From: Phoronis australis
Lineage: Eukaryota; Animalia; Phoronida
Assembly (NCBI GenBank): GCA_002633005.1
Contig: NMRA01000351.1
Span: 235,258-299,257, forward strand
DNA: 64,000 bases
Direction of reading: 5' to 3'
The position numbers were made by a program, and so were the translations under genes. Positions 1 through 14,049 of this stretch are shown piece after piece. The notes below the pieces were generated by a model. The model saw only the letters and a program-made list of their open reading frames with translations, had not been told where the DNA came from and searched no databases. How positions within the stretch are numbered: the stretch's first letter is position 1; every line of letters starts with the position of its first letter.

Positions 1-1439
1 GTTTGGTTTAGCCACTCAAATTACGGTGTACCCTTAGAATTAGAATACTTTAGTACTAAAAAATTTGACGGGTCCGTTCTATGAGGGTTGAAAAGTGATT
101 ATACAGCAAGAATGAGGTATGCCGTCCAACTAGGACAGCTAGTGTCCCCCTCGTTTCCTTTTAATTCCATGTTTGATGCCCGCTCTGAACAACACAGTTA
201 CAGGTTCATTATCCCTGCGTTAGCTCGCAGGAAATCAGCAGCACCAGTACAAACCTTATCCTACATAATGCATGCATACTTGCCTTTGAACTACACCGCT
301 TAGAATTATTCATTATGAACAGAATAATAACACAATCCCAAACAAACGGTGTTATCTCTACAGTCAATGCGAAAGTAGGGCCTGTAGCCGTCACTATACC
401 TATCAGCTTTATTAAACCGCAACAAAAATAAAGTACCTCTCTTTCATCACAGTTTTGAGAACCAATGTCAAGCTTTGTTTAGTGCGTTTCCAAAGTTCCG
501 AACAGCCATGGCGTGGTCTCTCATTTGAAAGAGCTAGGGGATGATCCATGTTTTTATATGGCATTATGCGGACTCCTTGCGCCAGAGAGCAGCGCTAAAG
601 TTATAGTAAGCTGTGGTCCAAACACCAAGAAACTAGCAGGCAACCAAGCGTTTGTTTACGACGTCGAGACTCAAAAACCATGCAAATATCAAGGTTAAAC
701 TAAACTGAACGGCCAAATTCAATTCATTCCGTGTGATAATCTGTAACAAATACAAATACGAACAATATGATTGCACTAACAGGCATCTCTCTGACATCCG
801 TACCAATGGAACGCTGACAAGTCATTGAAAATAGCATTGTATCTATTGTTGGTACTTAAGCCTCGTTCATACATCTGTCTAGCGCGCAGTCGGCTTCGCG
901 TAAGCCTAAAATACACTGTATTCACGCAGTCCCCATTTTAAATTTTAAAAACAATGCATTTTGCGCTTAAATACAACGCAAATTGTGATTTTTTCGCGTG
1001 CCTCGTTATACTGTATTCATGTCTGAAGTGCTTTTGAAACCTAAAATGAGGCTCACTACTGAAATGCTGACTGCGTGAATAAGTTCTATACAGTCAAGTT
1101 CATGCCGACTGCATTGACTTCTTTAGTTAGAGTCACGTGAGTTGACTAGCTAGGTGTCGTTACTTTTGCATTTTCAAAAGTTATAGAGAATATAAACCGT
1201 CTCTTTGTCGTTTTGCGGAATATGGCCATATAGATGTCCTTCCATTACTGGGCGGACATAAACGTTAAATTAAAAATAATAGGCGGTTGTTATACAGATT
1301 GAACTGTCTGTGCCCGTGTTTGGAGGGCCAGCCTTCGTTGCTAAGTAACATCAAGGTTTGACAAGCTTCACGTGTACATTCCGTTTGACAATTGTTAAAT
1401 TTTCTCCTCTAGACACATACTGTCATGTACATTAACACA

Positions 1440-1645
1440 GTCACGTCATTCATTCCAACCATAAGGTTACTGACAAGCATGTCTCTATTTACAAAGGTGA
1501 CGAGCATTGACAAGCATGCATGTAGGCCTACATGTGGCGAACACTAACAAGCGTTTTGTTGTATACAAATGTGGTCAATTTTGACTAGCAAACTTCTAGT
1601 TAAAAATGTGGTGAACATTGACAAGCATGTTTCAAAATAGAAATG
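1440..1645. repeat. Degenerate tandem repeat (core ggtgaacattgacaagcatgt, ~40-nt period)
   Basis: About 5 diverged copies of (t/g)gacaagcatgt...aaatgtggt are visible. Confidence 0.55.
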
Positions 1646-1860
1646 CGGAGAATATTTCAGACAGACGAGTTGATCTCAAAATAGAATTTTAACTAAATAT
1701 CAAAAACAAAACATGTAAAAGGCTAAAGACATAATTTTATAAACGTAACAATATCCTACCGTGACTTATTATGACAACATCGCAACAAAACATTTCGCCA
1801 CTGAATCCCGTGATCCATGGGTTATACTTGTCCCATAAATAGCCTGGGTTACTTTTGTAG

Positions 1861-1909
1861 GATGAAGTGCTGGTCAAAATGCCCGGACAGTGCTGCCAGC
1901 GATGCGGAA
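1861..1909 (+). CDS. Mucin/vWF-like gene, internal exon (end of a VWC-like module: DEVLVKMPGQCCQRCG)
   Basis: ttttgtag acceptor and A|gtaaga donor. The GQCCxxC motif matches later VWC-end exons (e.g. 29097). Phase 0 to 1 joins exon 2261 in frame (A+CA=Thr). The gene begins upstream of the window. Confidence 0.8.
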
Positions 1910-2260
1910 GTAAGAATTTCCCTGACTCTGTTTTAAGGAACACAATTGAATCTTAACTGAAAGGAATAGAATTTTGTCTACTCAGATTCATTCTTAGATT
2001 CACAATACGACCTGTTCGAATATGCAAAGTACTCTCCCGCTTCAAAGTTTGCTTCTTACTACAAAGCGTTGTCGTTTGTTATCTAATATTGTATTCTATG
2101 ATGACGGAAACCAACGCAGTAACCTATTTTTAGTAAAACTTATTTCAATAAAGTAACTTTCTTTCTGGAATTGATGATAGACACATTAAGTTTAATTGAA
2201 TTCTCCATCTTCGCTGTGTACTTTGTTGTAGACTAAGTCGTGTTTATGGTTCTATTTCAG

Positions 2261-2308
2261 CACCAACGTCAACTCTTGAGCAGACAACGGCCTCAGCTCC
2301 ATCACAAT
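2261..2308 (+). CDS. Mucin-like gene, short Thr/Ser linker exon (TPTSTLEQTTASAPSQ)
   Basis: tatttcag acceptor and T|gtaatt donor, 48 nt, phase 1-1. The final T plus GT of exon 8971 makes a Cys codon that completes the first Cys module. Confidence 0.75.
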
Positions 2309-3753
2309 GTAATTACAATTTTATATACTCATTTTCTGCGCATGCGTGTCAACGCACCACTATAACTTTATTCTCCTGTGATGCACCTTTCTAACCCTCT
2401 CCCCTCCAACTCGACCAGATGTGCTCACAACATGTTGCATGTCGCCTTACTTAGACGACCAATTGTAGCTTTAAGTTAATGAAAAACAACTTTGCTTCTT
2501 CAACATTTTAATTAAATCCAGTTGTAATGAAACTAATTGTTTAGAATCACTGGAGTTTTTGCGTTAACCATTCTAGTGTGCAACGCAGGGGCACTGGAAC
2601 GGTGTCCCTATTTAAGGACACATGCAATTGCCTCATTACTCGGTGGGCTTGAAGGACTACCCAGGAACAAAGAACAAAGACTGCTTTCGAACGCAGCTTG
2701 AAAATACTGATGGAAACTGGTTGCTCATTAAATAGTTTATCGGCGAAAAAAATTTCTGGTAAACAAAAGCTACATGACCTCAGTCAGTCTACCAGAATCT
2801 TGTGTCTGTCACGTCTGATAATCGCGACTTACCTTCTTACCTCAAGCGACACTACGCACCTTCTTGGAACAAATTGACACAGGTATCGCCTATGACGTCG
2901 CGATCACGTGGTACAGATACGACCTGGGATACGACATTAGAAACAGACTGATACATATGGCTTTCCACTACTCCATATGTTTTGCTTTTGTCGAAGATGT
3001 TAAGGGCAAACTCCAAGAGCAAAGTACCATTTGAAGACGTACATGTATGTCGAACACTGACGAATTCACCAATTTGTAAAACCATGGGGGTATGATTTGT
3101 AGAAATATTACATATTTGAACATTCATTTTCGCCGCTGGTATCGCTATTAGCGTGGGTCGCACCGGTCATCTCCTTCGTTATTACTTTCACTTGACAATT
3201 TGATTTTTCATGTATGAATAAGTAAAGTATTTCATAATCAATATCTAATAAATAACCGCGTTTTAGGTTGCACATTTTCTGTAAACACGACGGTTTGATG
3301 ATTAAACTGTTACATATGCTGAGGATACAACAACCAACAGCCTTAACCAATCACTGACTAAAATCCCATTTTTCGACCCATGATAGTGATATATCTACCG
3401 CCTGTGCCAGAGTAAAAAACATGACTAGACTACTTTTAAGTATCGTTCAAACGATTTAGCCTAAGTTACATAGGTTGCTAACATTATATCTGACCACGAA
3501 AATTCAACAATAAAAATAAATGCACACTGGAAGTATGTTTCAGAGCACTTCAGGAGATTTTAGTTAGCTTTAAAAAGGAAGTAAATTGCTCAGTATTTAA
3601 ATAGTGAAGTGTACGCTAGAATAATGAAACTGTATGTATTAGTAGCCATGTTAAGTATGGAACAATGATGTCATGTTAAAATGACATCGTTTAGAGGTTT
3701 ACTAAACATGGTTCGCGTTAAAATTTAATTAATGCAGATTTTAATAGAGTTAA

Positions 3754-5416
3754 AGGAGAATGCCACCCGATTTAATCAGTCTTTTTGCCGTCTTAATCGG
3801 TCTATATCCACATCGCCTCGCATACGGTCGACCTTACCTTGCCAAGAGGTGTCGCGTTAACCTGTGAGGAAGGTAAAAAACGACGCGAGCGACGTCAGTG
3901 GTTCATCTGCAGAGTGAATGCCGCTATGTTGCCGTGCATCGTTCCCGCTTGTCCGAACTATGCAGCTGCGAGAAAAGCGGGTATATCGTTTTTTTTCGAC
4001 TTCCTCGAGAGCCCAAAATGCTTAGGACAAAGATACTATATCCCAACTTAGGAAACTATAAAATCTTTGCTTAGGAAGTTGCTCGTGTTAGTGAAGAATG
4101 AAAAGTACGCTGTAAATACAGTGGCGGATCTAGGATACCAAGAGGGGGCCAATTGCCTCGGAGAATTGGGAAAAGCGCGATTGTACGCACTGGCGGCCCG
4201 AAAAGTTGCGGGGTCTGGCGATGTGGACTCTGGTGTAACCAAATTCTATCGGAGGTCTAAAAAAACGGGAACACGGTTCCGCCGCGCTCTGGGGCTCTCC
4301 TCTAAGTCGGGATTGCGAGTTGCCATGTTGATGTTTATCACTGAGCGTTCTGTTCCAAAATGAATTATTCTCACCCTAACCAATACTTATATAAAACTAA
4401 AACAAGGTCCGCCTCATTAGATGCAATTTTTAATGCCTTTGGAGTGTTGGTGAGTGCAAATGATTTGAGAAGCCAGCAATGAATAAATCACTGCGTTACC
4501 GGCTTTAGGTGCAATAAAACTAGTTGGCGGGACACCTACAGTGTAGGCCGTGTGAGCTCATGTTGATTTAATGTTTGCTGGCAGAAACTGTTGTGGAACA
4601 ACTCAGTCGATTTCCACCCCACGGCCTGGTGTTAGGAGAGTCTTTATTTACATTTACATTATTAAAATAATGATTGTCAATGTACAACTTCTGCTCTGAC
4701 GATGCTGTGGCCAAATCGGAACCTAAATTCGCGGCTCCCGACGAGTAGATTTGCAATAATTTCGTGTTTAATTCACCAACATAATCACGTGCGCATTACT
4801 TTGGTTCGATCCCTAGTCTAGTATTTTCTTGACTGGAAGTTTAGTTTTCAACTTTGGCTGGTTTATATTCGTGAAGTTTGATCAGTTTTCGAGCCACTGG
4901 CCTGGATAACGAGTCAATCCGGCCGGCCGCGACGGGCCTGATCGGGCTCCGAGCCACTGGCCAGGATAACAAGCGTTTTGCGTGTTGAGAACTCAAAAAA
5001 TCACAAGTCTAAACAACACAGATCTGGTTTTTTCTGTCTGTACCTCACGGAAAATACTTTGTCTCCGAACAGACCCCAAACTCCTCAGTGATAGGCCTGC
5101 CGAACTTTGGAGGCTACGGTGTTTCTAACTACAAATAAACCCGTAACAGCGAAATAATATTTTTAAGGGTTTTACATCGAAGTTTGATGATTTATTGGTG
5201 TTAAATGATGAATTCAAGCGATAAGCTGACACCATAGTAACCCGTGTTATGAACTGCTGAACAGACTGCGTGTGAAACCAATTACGTCATTGGATAATTT
5301 CAACACCTCCGTCTGCCGTCAGGTGTCAGGTAACGCAACCGTACGTGCCGTTATGGAGTAGAACTACTCGATCTAAATTGATACAAATTAGGTTGTTTTT
5401 TGGATGGCATGCTCCT
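3754..5416 (+). mobile_element. Non-autonomous Kolobok-like DNA transposon copy A (THAP remnant)
   Basis: TTAA on both sides (3750-53, 5417-20). Termini AGGAGAATGCCACCC / GGATGGCATGCTCCT. Decayed THAP N-terminus (CIVPACPN...GISFF..FP...MLRK.L..VKNEK). Colinear with 17205-18788 in reverse. Confidence 0.8.
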
Positions 5417-6299
5417 TTAAGATGAATGAACCTCGGTTTAAAGACACATTTGTCTGCCTGCATCATGATTACATAACTTTTAGCATGAATTATCCAAAAG
5501 AGCATGCAAGATTAAAACCTACACGGCATAAAGAACTCTAAGGAGAACTGTTTCCACATTTGACGTTATATTTTCCGCAACAATTGCAACCATTTTTTGC
5601 ACACACACTTGCTTATTTATATCACCATGTGCCTAATGTTGCACATTTTGGTTGTTTGACATGACTGCTACAGCGGATACGGCAGGCATGACCAATATTA
5701 TGGTAGAACCGAACCAGCCTAAGAGTTTATCAAACCACAGTTCTTCTTAACCAGACATTTTAAAAACACAATTCGGTAACAAGTCAACTTTTAAAAAAGC
5801 ATCTCTTTTATCAGGCTACAATACGTCTTTAGCTCTACAAAAATAAGCTTTAATGTAGTTTTCTTTACATCGATGTAATAGCATTTTATAAACAATTTGA
5901 AAATGTTGGAACTTCTTACAGTTGTAACTATTAATGGAAGGTAAATGTCAAAAGTACTCACGAAATGTATTGATGATGCTCCAACTGATCAATGATCACG
6001 GACTATTGAAACTCTTGACCTTTTCCACCCAGCAAGAACTAAAAAAAAACGATTTTTTCGTACCTGCCTAACGCGTTTGGATGAACTTTGGTACTAGGGA
6101 AGTACTCATCTGTGGTTACCGAAGAAGATTTGGGATATCCTGTTTTTCAGGGAATAGGCACATTAAGAACTCATCCTCAAAGAGAGAAAACGCGATTCAA
6201 AGGGACCCATTTTAGGGACTTTCTATGCATGCCACCCATTCATGGAGTTTCAGTATATTAAAAGAGACCTGAACTACATGTTTCAGCATTTTAGCATGA

Positions 6300-6912
6300 A
6301 TTTTTAATGTATAAAGATTGCATAAAGATTGGATTCTGATACTGAAATTCGGCTTAATGTACATGTAGGATCGCAGAGTAATCTGATTGCAGTCTGTCGG
6401 AGTCTGCATTCCGGCGAGCTCGTGTAATACGTCGGTTCGGTAGTATCTGGGCTGTTGGAGAGTAATTCTCAGGGCGAAGTTCTGAGTTCTCTGGATTTTT
6501 TCGATTGTTGAAGGGACACAGGTTGAAATATCCACGGCATCATATTCGAATAGGGCCTGATAAACATTTTGTAGATTAACAGTAGGCAGTCTCTCCTAGC
6601 GCCCCTACCTGTGCCCTTCAATCGATATATAAGTTTGACTCTAGTTGTGACACGGGCACACACGCGTGCAACGTGAGATCGTAATGTGAGCCTTTGATCT
6701 AGGGTTACATCTAGCAGAGTGGCCTCTGGTTTTGGTTTGAGCCTGACACCGAATAATGAAAGACTGGGTGGTCGCAGTGTGTGTGTTTGCGGTGGAACAG
6801 GATAACCCAGTGTGACTTTGCAGCATTGAGTTTGATGCGTCAGATGGAGTACCAGTCCTCCAGTTTTGATAGTGCCCGATGGAGACGTACTTGGACAAGT
6901 GTCAGTCTTCAC
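6300..6912 (-). mobile_element. Decayed non-LTR retrotransposon fragment (Jockey/I-like RT C-terminal region)
   Basis: Frameshifted ORFs: LLDVTLDQRLTLRSHV...LLLIYKMFIRPY and KIQRTQNFALRITLQQPRYYRTDVLHELAG are typical post-RT motifs. Confidence 0.75.
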
Positions 6913-8089
6913 CCAATGAGCTATATATACGCCTTAGTTTATTTTATTGCCTTCACCCAAGGTGCAGCCTCAGTGATACCAGACGCGCCTTAACAAATAG
7001 GAAATAACGTTGGAAAAACACCTTTATACAAAATATTATATAATAAAAAGATAAAATCTTTATCCATAAACTAAATATCATTTAAAATGCATGTTTTTGT
7101 ACTTCAATAACCTTTCAATTTTGAAAGACATCCGTTGTAAACCGCCTTTAAAAATTTTATTTAATTCAAATTAAAAAATATCGTTGATCAGTCTTATAAT
7201 CCTTTCAAAATTGTTAACTTTAATATACGCAGAAAATAAATCCATTGAAGTCTTTTTTGCCGTCAAGTGCTCCCTCGCGAATCTGATCGGCACGGGTTAG
7301 TGTTATCATTTGTAACATCAAAGAGAACGTGGATTTCTTACTAAGCTGTTGATGTCGACCCCATCATAGTTTGATATCCATCTGTTAATACGAGATAAGT
7401 GCAACCTTTGGATTCTGATGCACCAGGCAGCACAAACAGTACTCAATATATTTTGAACTGCTCAGTAGCAAATGACCGATTCTTTGCACAAGATAATAGC
7501 AAATTTGACGAACATGTAAATACATGTGTTTATTTTGCGGCTAATGTCGGTCACACGGAAGATAACCGCACCGTTCCAGCTCTAAGGCGATCTTAGAGAA
7601 ATATATAGTTTGCTACGTAAGATACGTGTCAGACAATCAAAATCTTTATTCATTATGTAAACGCAATAAGTGTTCAGTCACTAACATTCACGCACCAATC
7701 GGTAACGCTCGAGAAACATCACCAAACACCCCTAGCTTTTAGCAAACGCAAGGGAAGATGGCGACCGGAACGACTCACACTACTGGCTGTTACAGCTGTA
7801 AAATAAGTGTGAAAGCACCCCATTTTGGTAAATTGTCAATATGGCGGTACGATGGATTAGATCACATGACTTACATCACTAAAGCTGTGATAATTACCCA
7901 TCGACTCGTAGGTAGGACGATACCAAGCGTACAGCCTCGCTAATTTCAACGCACTTATTGTAGCAGAAATTTGAAATCGTGGCATTTTGCCTTAATCGAG
8001 CGAAAATGTTTTTGTGGAAGGCACTGGCTCCCTCTCTTGCTTTCTGTCATGAAATCATATAAAGATATTATACTAAATAGTGACAGTAT

Positions 8090-8420
8090 TTACAGCAATA
8101 AAAATGACATAATTAAGACAGGTAAGGCACAAGAAAGGGTAAGTATATTACAGCCTATTTTAATATTACGTTTGAAAGTATTAATTGAATCGTACCGTTT
8201 AATTTCTGCAGCAGCAGCGTAAATAAAAGATCTCCTGCCGGTCTCGGTTTTAATTTTTTTAAAAGAAACATTACCAGCAACGGAAGAACGTGTAGAGTAT
8301 TTAGCTTGACTCCTACTGAATTTGCTGGTTAGATATGTTGAAGCCAAGCCATTGACACATCTGTGCATGCAACAGGGAGAAAGATATTCATATATTTGTT
8401 ATACTTTCATCAATCCAAGT
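8090..8420 (-). mobile_element. LINE (CR1/L2-like) 3' fragment
   Basis: MHRCVNGLASTYLTSKF...YSTRSS...KTETGRRSFIYAAA...SINTFKRNIK resembles the CR1/L2 ORF2 C-terminus. Confidence 0.65.
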
Positions 8421-8970
8421 TTGGAGTACAAAAAGTTATGAAAAAGTGCTTGTGCTTAGCAGGGTTCATTTTAGAAAAACTTAGTCATGGTTTTATTGAC
8501 CCACACGTTGTCAAGTCTATGGACCAATTTGGAGGACCTATGGGCAACGTTAGTTTTTTCCAGTTTCGCTTCCAAATTTAATGGACCGTTAACCCGAGCT
8601 AAGCACTGACATTATTTATGCGCCAATGAATCGAGGCGCGCTCCTAAAATGTTTTCTTTTTATTGATACCGTAGCATAGATGAATTATTACGTCAAAGCT
8701 GTTAATGGTTTAGACCAATTATTGATTTTGGAGGCTTTGGCGTCGATCTCCCTATATCTAATAGCGCCTGTGGACAACTGCGACCTTTTACTTTCGCTAC
8801 GCCAATGATGGTAAATATCATCAACAAAATGAACTAATTTCGATTAAATAGGAGACTTTCAATTTAAAAATCATTTACTAAAGTCGACGACCATCTGTAA
8901 ACCATTTTCACATACGTTCCAAAAAGAACTGCAATTGAAAATAAAGCGATGTTACGCTTTTGCATTTCAG

Positions 8971-11900
8971 GTATTGCATCAGACAGCTGTATTATTCAAT
9001 TGGAATGCGACCAAACTCCGGAGTCTGCTATGAACAAGATGCACAAGGACATCATCATCAAGTGCATCACACATAACTGCACGTGCCCCATAAGGACAGA
9101 AGAGTACCTGTGCGGAATTTGCTTAATTTATCCAGAGTGTCCTACCTCAACAACAACATCTAGTACCGCACCAACGACAACGCGTAGTACAATCCCATCA
9201 CCGCCAAGTCCTCCAACTACAACTACTACAACACCTACTACAACAAGTACTACGGCTCACACTGTATCTACGACAACAGCTAGCTCGAGTCCCACAACAA
9301 GTCTTGTATTAAGTACGACATCAACGACAAAAAGGACTACAACTAGTTCAACACCAACAACAGTAAGTACTACGACAACTGTGACAACCAGTATTACGAC
9401 TGGTACGACACCCACAAAAACCAGTGTCACGACCAGTACGACACCCACGACAACAAGTACTACCACTAGCACGACACCCTTAACAACCAGTACTACGACT
9501 AGTACAACACCCACGACAACCAGTACTACAACTAGTACGACACCCACGACTACCAGTACTACGCGTAGCACGACACAGGCGATAACCAGTACTACGACTA
9601 GTACGACACCTACGACAACCAGTACTACGACTACCACAACACCTACGACAACCAGTGCTACGACTAGTACGACACCCACGACAACCAGTACTACGACTAG
9701 TACGACACCTACGACAACCAGTGCTACGACCAGCACAACACCCACGACAACCAGTACTACGTCTAGTACGACACCCACGACAACCAGTACTACGATTAGT
9801 ACGACACCCACGACAACCAGTGCTACAACACCCAAGACCACCAGTGCTACGACACCCACGACAACCAGTGTTATAACTACTGCAACACCGACGACAACTA
9901 GTACCATTACTTCTGCAACACAAACAACAACTAGCGCCAGAACTACGGCGACACCAACGACAACCAGTACCATAACCACTGCAACACCCACAACAACCAG
10001 TACGATAACCACTGCAACTCCAACGACAACCAGTACGCTAACTACAGCAACACCTACGACAACCAGTAGCGTTACCACTGCAACACCTACAACAACGAGT
10101 AAGATAACTACTGCAACTCCAACGACAACCAGTACCATTACCACTGCAACACCCACAACACCTAGTACTACAACTACTGCAACACCCATGACAACTACTA
10201 CGATAACTACTCCAACACCCACAACAACCAGTACAATAACTACTTCAACACCGACAGCAACTAGTACCATCACTACTGCAACACCAACGACATCGAGTGC
10301 TGTTACCACTGCAACACCCACGACAACAAGCACAACTTTTAGCACAACTCCTACAAACACCAGTACAACAACTAATGTGACTCCTACTGTAACTGGTCTC
10401 ACAACTAGTTCAACACAACCTACACCCACTTCGACAGCTGTAATTACATCAACAGCGTCAACCCATAACCCTGTATGCAATATATCTTGTCTCATCAACG
10501 TCACATGCGCAGACACACAACTGATCACTATAACGGGGGAGGCTGATGTTTTAGGCGGCAAGATCGAAGCACTTAGCACAGAAATAAAGGAAATGTGTGA
10601 AGAAAGCCTTAAATGTGAGTGTCCTAATGGGACTGTTCAAAAACCTAAACATTTCGAACATTATTGTTTTTATTATCAAGTGTGCTCAACAACTACAAGT
10701 ACGACAAGCTCAAAAACAACGACCAGGACACTCACAACAAGCAGTACGATAACTGCTGCAACACCCACGACAACCAGTACCGTTACCACTGCAAAACCCA
10801 CAACAAGCAGCATGATAACTACTGCAACACCCACAACAACCAGTACGATAGCCACTGCACCACCTACAACAAGCAGTACGATAACTACTGCAACTCCCAC
10901 GACAACCAGTGCCATGACCACTGCAACACCCACAACAAGCACAATAACTACTGCAACACCCACAACAACGAGTACGATAACAACTGCAACACCAACGACA
11001 ACCAGTACTGTTACCACTGCAACACCTACAACAACCAGTACGATAACTACTGCAACTCCAACAACAACCAGTACCGTTACCACTGCAACACCCACAACAA
11101 CCAGTACGATATCTACTGCAACTCCAACGACAACCAGTACCATTACAACTGCAACCCCCACAACAACCAGTACGATAACTACAGCAACACCCACGACAAC
11201 CAGTACCGTTACCACTGCAACACCAACAACATCTAGTGCCACAACTACCGCGACACCAACAAAATCCAGTACTTTAACTACTGCAACACCAACAACAACC
11301 ACCACGATAACTACTGCAACACCCACAGCAACCAGTACGATGACTACTGCAACACCCACAACAACCAGTACGATAACTACTGCAACACCTACGACAACCA
11401 GTACGATGACTACTGCAACNNNNNNNNNNNNNNNACAACAACCAGTACGATAACTACTGCAACACCTACGACAACCAGTACGATAACTACTGCAACTCCA
11501 ACAACAACCAGTACCGTTACCACTGCAACACCCACAACAACCAGTACGATAACTACTGCAACACCTACGACAACCAGTACGATAACTACTGCAACACCTA
11601 CGATAACCAATACCGTTACCACTGCAACACCTACAACAACCAGTACATCTAGTGTGACTCCTTCAATAACTGGTCTCACAACTAGTACAACACAACCTAC
11701 ACCCGCCTCGACAACTATAATTACATCAACTCCGTCAACCAATAACCCTGTATGCAATATATCTTGTGTTATCAACGTCACATGCGCAGACACACAACTG
11801 ATCACTATCACTGGGGAGGCTGATGTTTTAGGCGGAAAGATCGATGCTCTTAGCACAAAAATAAGAAAAATGTGTGAAGAAAGCCTCAAGTGTGAGTGTC

Positions 11901-14049
11901 CTAATGGGACTGTTCGTAAAACTAATCATTTCGATCACTATTGTTTCTATTATCAAGTGTGTTCAACAAGTACGACAAGCTCAAAAACAACGACCATGAC
12001 ACTCACAACAAGCAGTACAATAACCACTGCAACACCCACGACAAGTAGTACCATCACAACAGCAACACCCACAACGACAAGTACCATAACTACTGCAACA
12101 CCTACAACAGCCAGTACGATAACAACAAAACCAACGACTACCAGCACCATAACTACTGCAACACCAACTACAACCAGTACCATAACTACTGCGACACCAA
12201 CGACAACCAGTACCATCACTACTGCAACACCCACGACAACCAGTGCAATTACAACAGCAACACCCACAACGACCAGTACAATTACATCAGCAACACCCAC
12301 AACAACCAGTACCATTACCACAGTAACACCAACGACAACTAGTACCATAACTACTACGACACCAACGACAACCAGTACCATCATTACTTCAACACCCACG
12401 ACAACCAGTACAGTTACCACAGCAACACCCACAACAACCAGTACAATTACCACATCAACACCCACGACAACCAGTACCATAACTACTGCTACACCAACGA
12501 CAACCAGTACCTTCACTACTGCAACACCAACGACATCCAGTACCATAACTGGGGTAACAGCAAGTACTACAACTAGTGCGTCATCAACGACAGCAAGTAC
12601 CACAACTAGTGTAACACCAACGACATCAAGCACTACAACTAGTGCAACACAATCGACAGCAAGTACTGCAACTAGTGCAACACCATCGACAGCAAGTACT
12701 ACAACTAGTGGAACGCCGTCGATAGTAAGTACTACAACTGGTGCAACGCCGTCGACAGCAAGTACTACAACTAGTGCAACACCATCGACAGCAAGTACCA
12801 CTACTAGTGCAACACCGTCGACTACTAGTACTACAACTAGTGTAACACCATCGACAGGAAGTAGTACAACTAGTGCGTCATCAACGACAGCAAGAACCAC
12901 AACTAGTGCAACACCAACGACATCAAGCACTACAACTAGTGCAACACCAACGACAGCAAGTACTACAACTAGTGCAATACCATCGACAGCAAGTACTACA
13001 ACTAGTGCAACACCATCGACAGCAAGTACTACAATTAGTGCAACACCAACGACTGCAAGTACCACTACTAGTGCAACACCGTCGACTGCTAGTACTACAA
13101 CTAGTGTAACAGCATCGACAACAAGTAGTACAACTAGTGCGTCATCAACGACAGCAAGTACCACAACTAGTGCAACACCAACGACAGCAAGTACTACAAC
13201 TAGTGCAACACCATCGACGGCAAGTACTACAACTAGTGCAACGCCGTCGACAGCAAGTACTACAACTAGTGCAACGCCGTCGACAGCAAGTAGTACAACT
13301 AGTACGACACCAACGACAGCAAGTACCAAAACTAGTGCAACACCATCGACAGCAAGTACTACAATTAGTGCAACACCAACGACTGCAAGTACCACTACTA
13401 GTGCAACACCGTCGACTGCTAGTACTACAACTAGTGTAACAGCATCGACAACAAGTAGTACAACTAGTGCGTCATCAACGACAGCAAGTACCACAACTAG
13501 TGCAACACCAACGACAGCAAGTACTANCAACACCATCGACAGCAAGTACTACAACTAGTGCAACACCAACGACAGCAAGTACTACAACCAGTGCAACACC
13601 AACGACAGCAAGTTCCACAACTAGTGCAACACCATCGACATCAAGTACTACAACTAGTACGACACCAACGACAGCAAGTACTACATCTAGTGCAACACCG
13701 TCGACATCAAGTACTATCACTAGTGCAACACCATCCACTACTGTTATTGCTTCTACGACAAATGGTTCGCACATATTACCTTGTTCTTTTGAGTGTGTGT
13801 TAAATTTCACATGTGAAGATTGGGAAGGTATCGAAAGTGAGCAAATACGTATACTTGACTTGATTGAGATAAAAAAAGGCAGCATGGATCCAGCGGTCTT
13901 AAGTAAATGTGAAAACGCTTTGTCGGGCTGTTATTGCGTAAATGACACACTGCCACTTAGTGATCTAATAGATTCGCCGAATGATGCATATTGCTACGAG
14001 ATGGAGACTTGTCCTTCTACATCAACGTCCATTGTCACCACATCACCAT
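8971..14049 (+). CDS. Mucin-like gene, giant PTS exon with four interspersed Cys-rich modules
   Basis: catttcag acceptor at 8969-70 and T|gtaagt donor at 14050. ORFs 8949-11453, 11654-13558 and 13467-14066 are Thr/Ser/Pro-rich 33-nt repeats broken only by N gaps (11420-11434, 13526), so the true length is unknown. Confidence 0.92.

Noticed and set aside
513-698. ORF ending QKPCKYQG, reminiscent of a VWC start
   Set aside because: There is no convincing splice acceptor/donor pair, a stop follows immediately, and the Cys density is too low.
2840-3163. Stop-free, protein-like stretch on both strands within a mucin intron
   Set aside because: No recognisable motif, start context or splice signals, so it cannot be supported without a search.
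9257-13885. Long Val-rich minus-strand ORFs and Cys/Asn/Gln-rich alternative-frame ORFs
   Set aside because: They are shadow frames of the ACN-rich Thr repeat, which lacks stops on the antisense strand, and have no independent signal.
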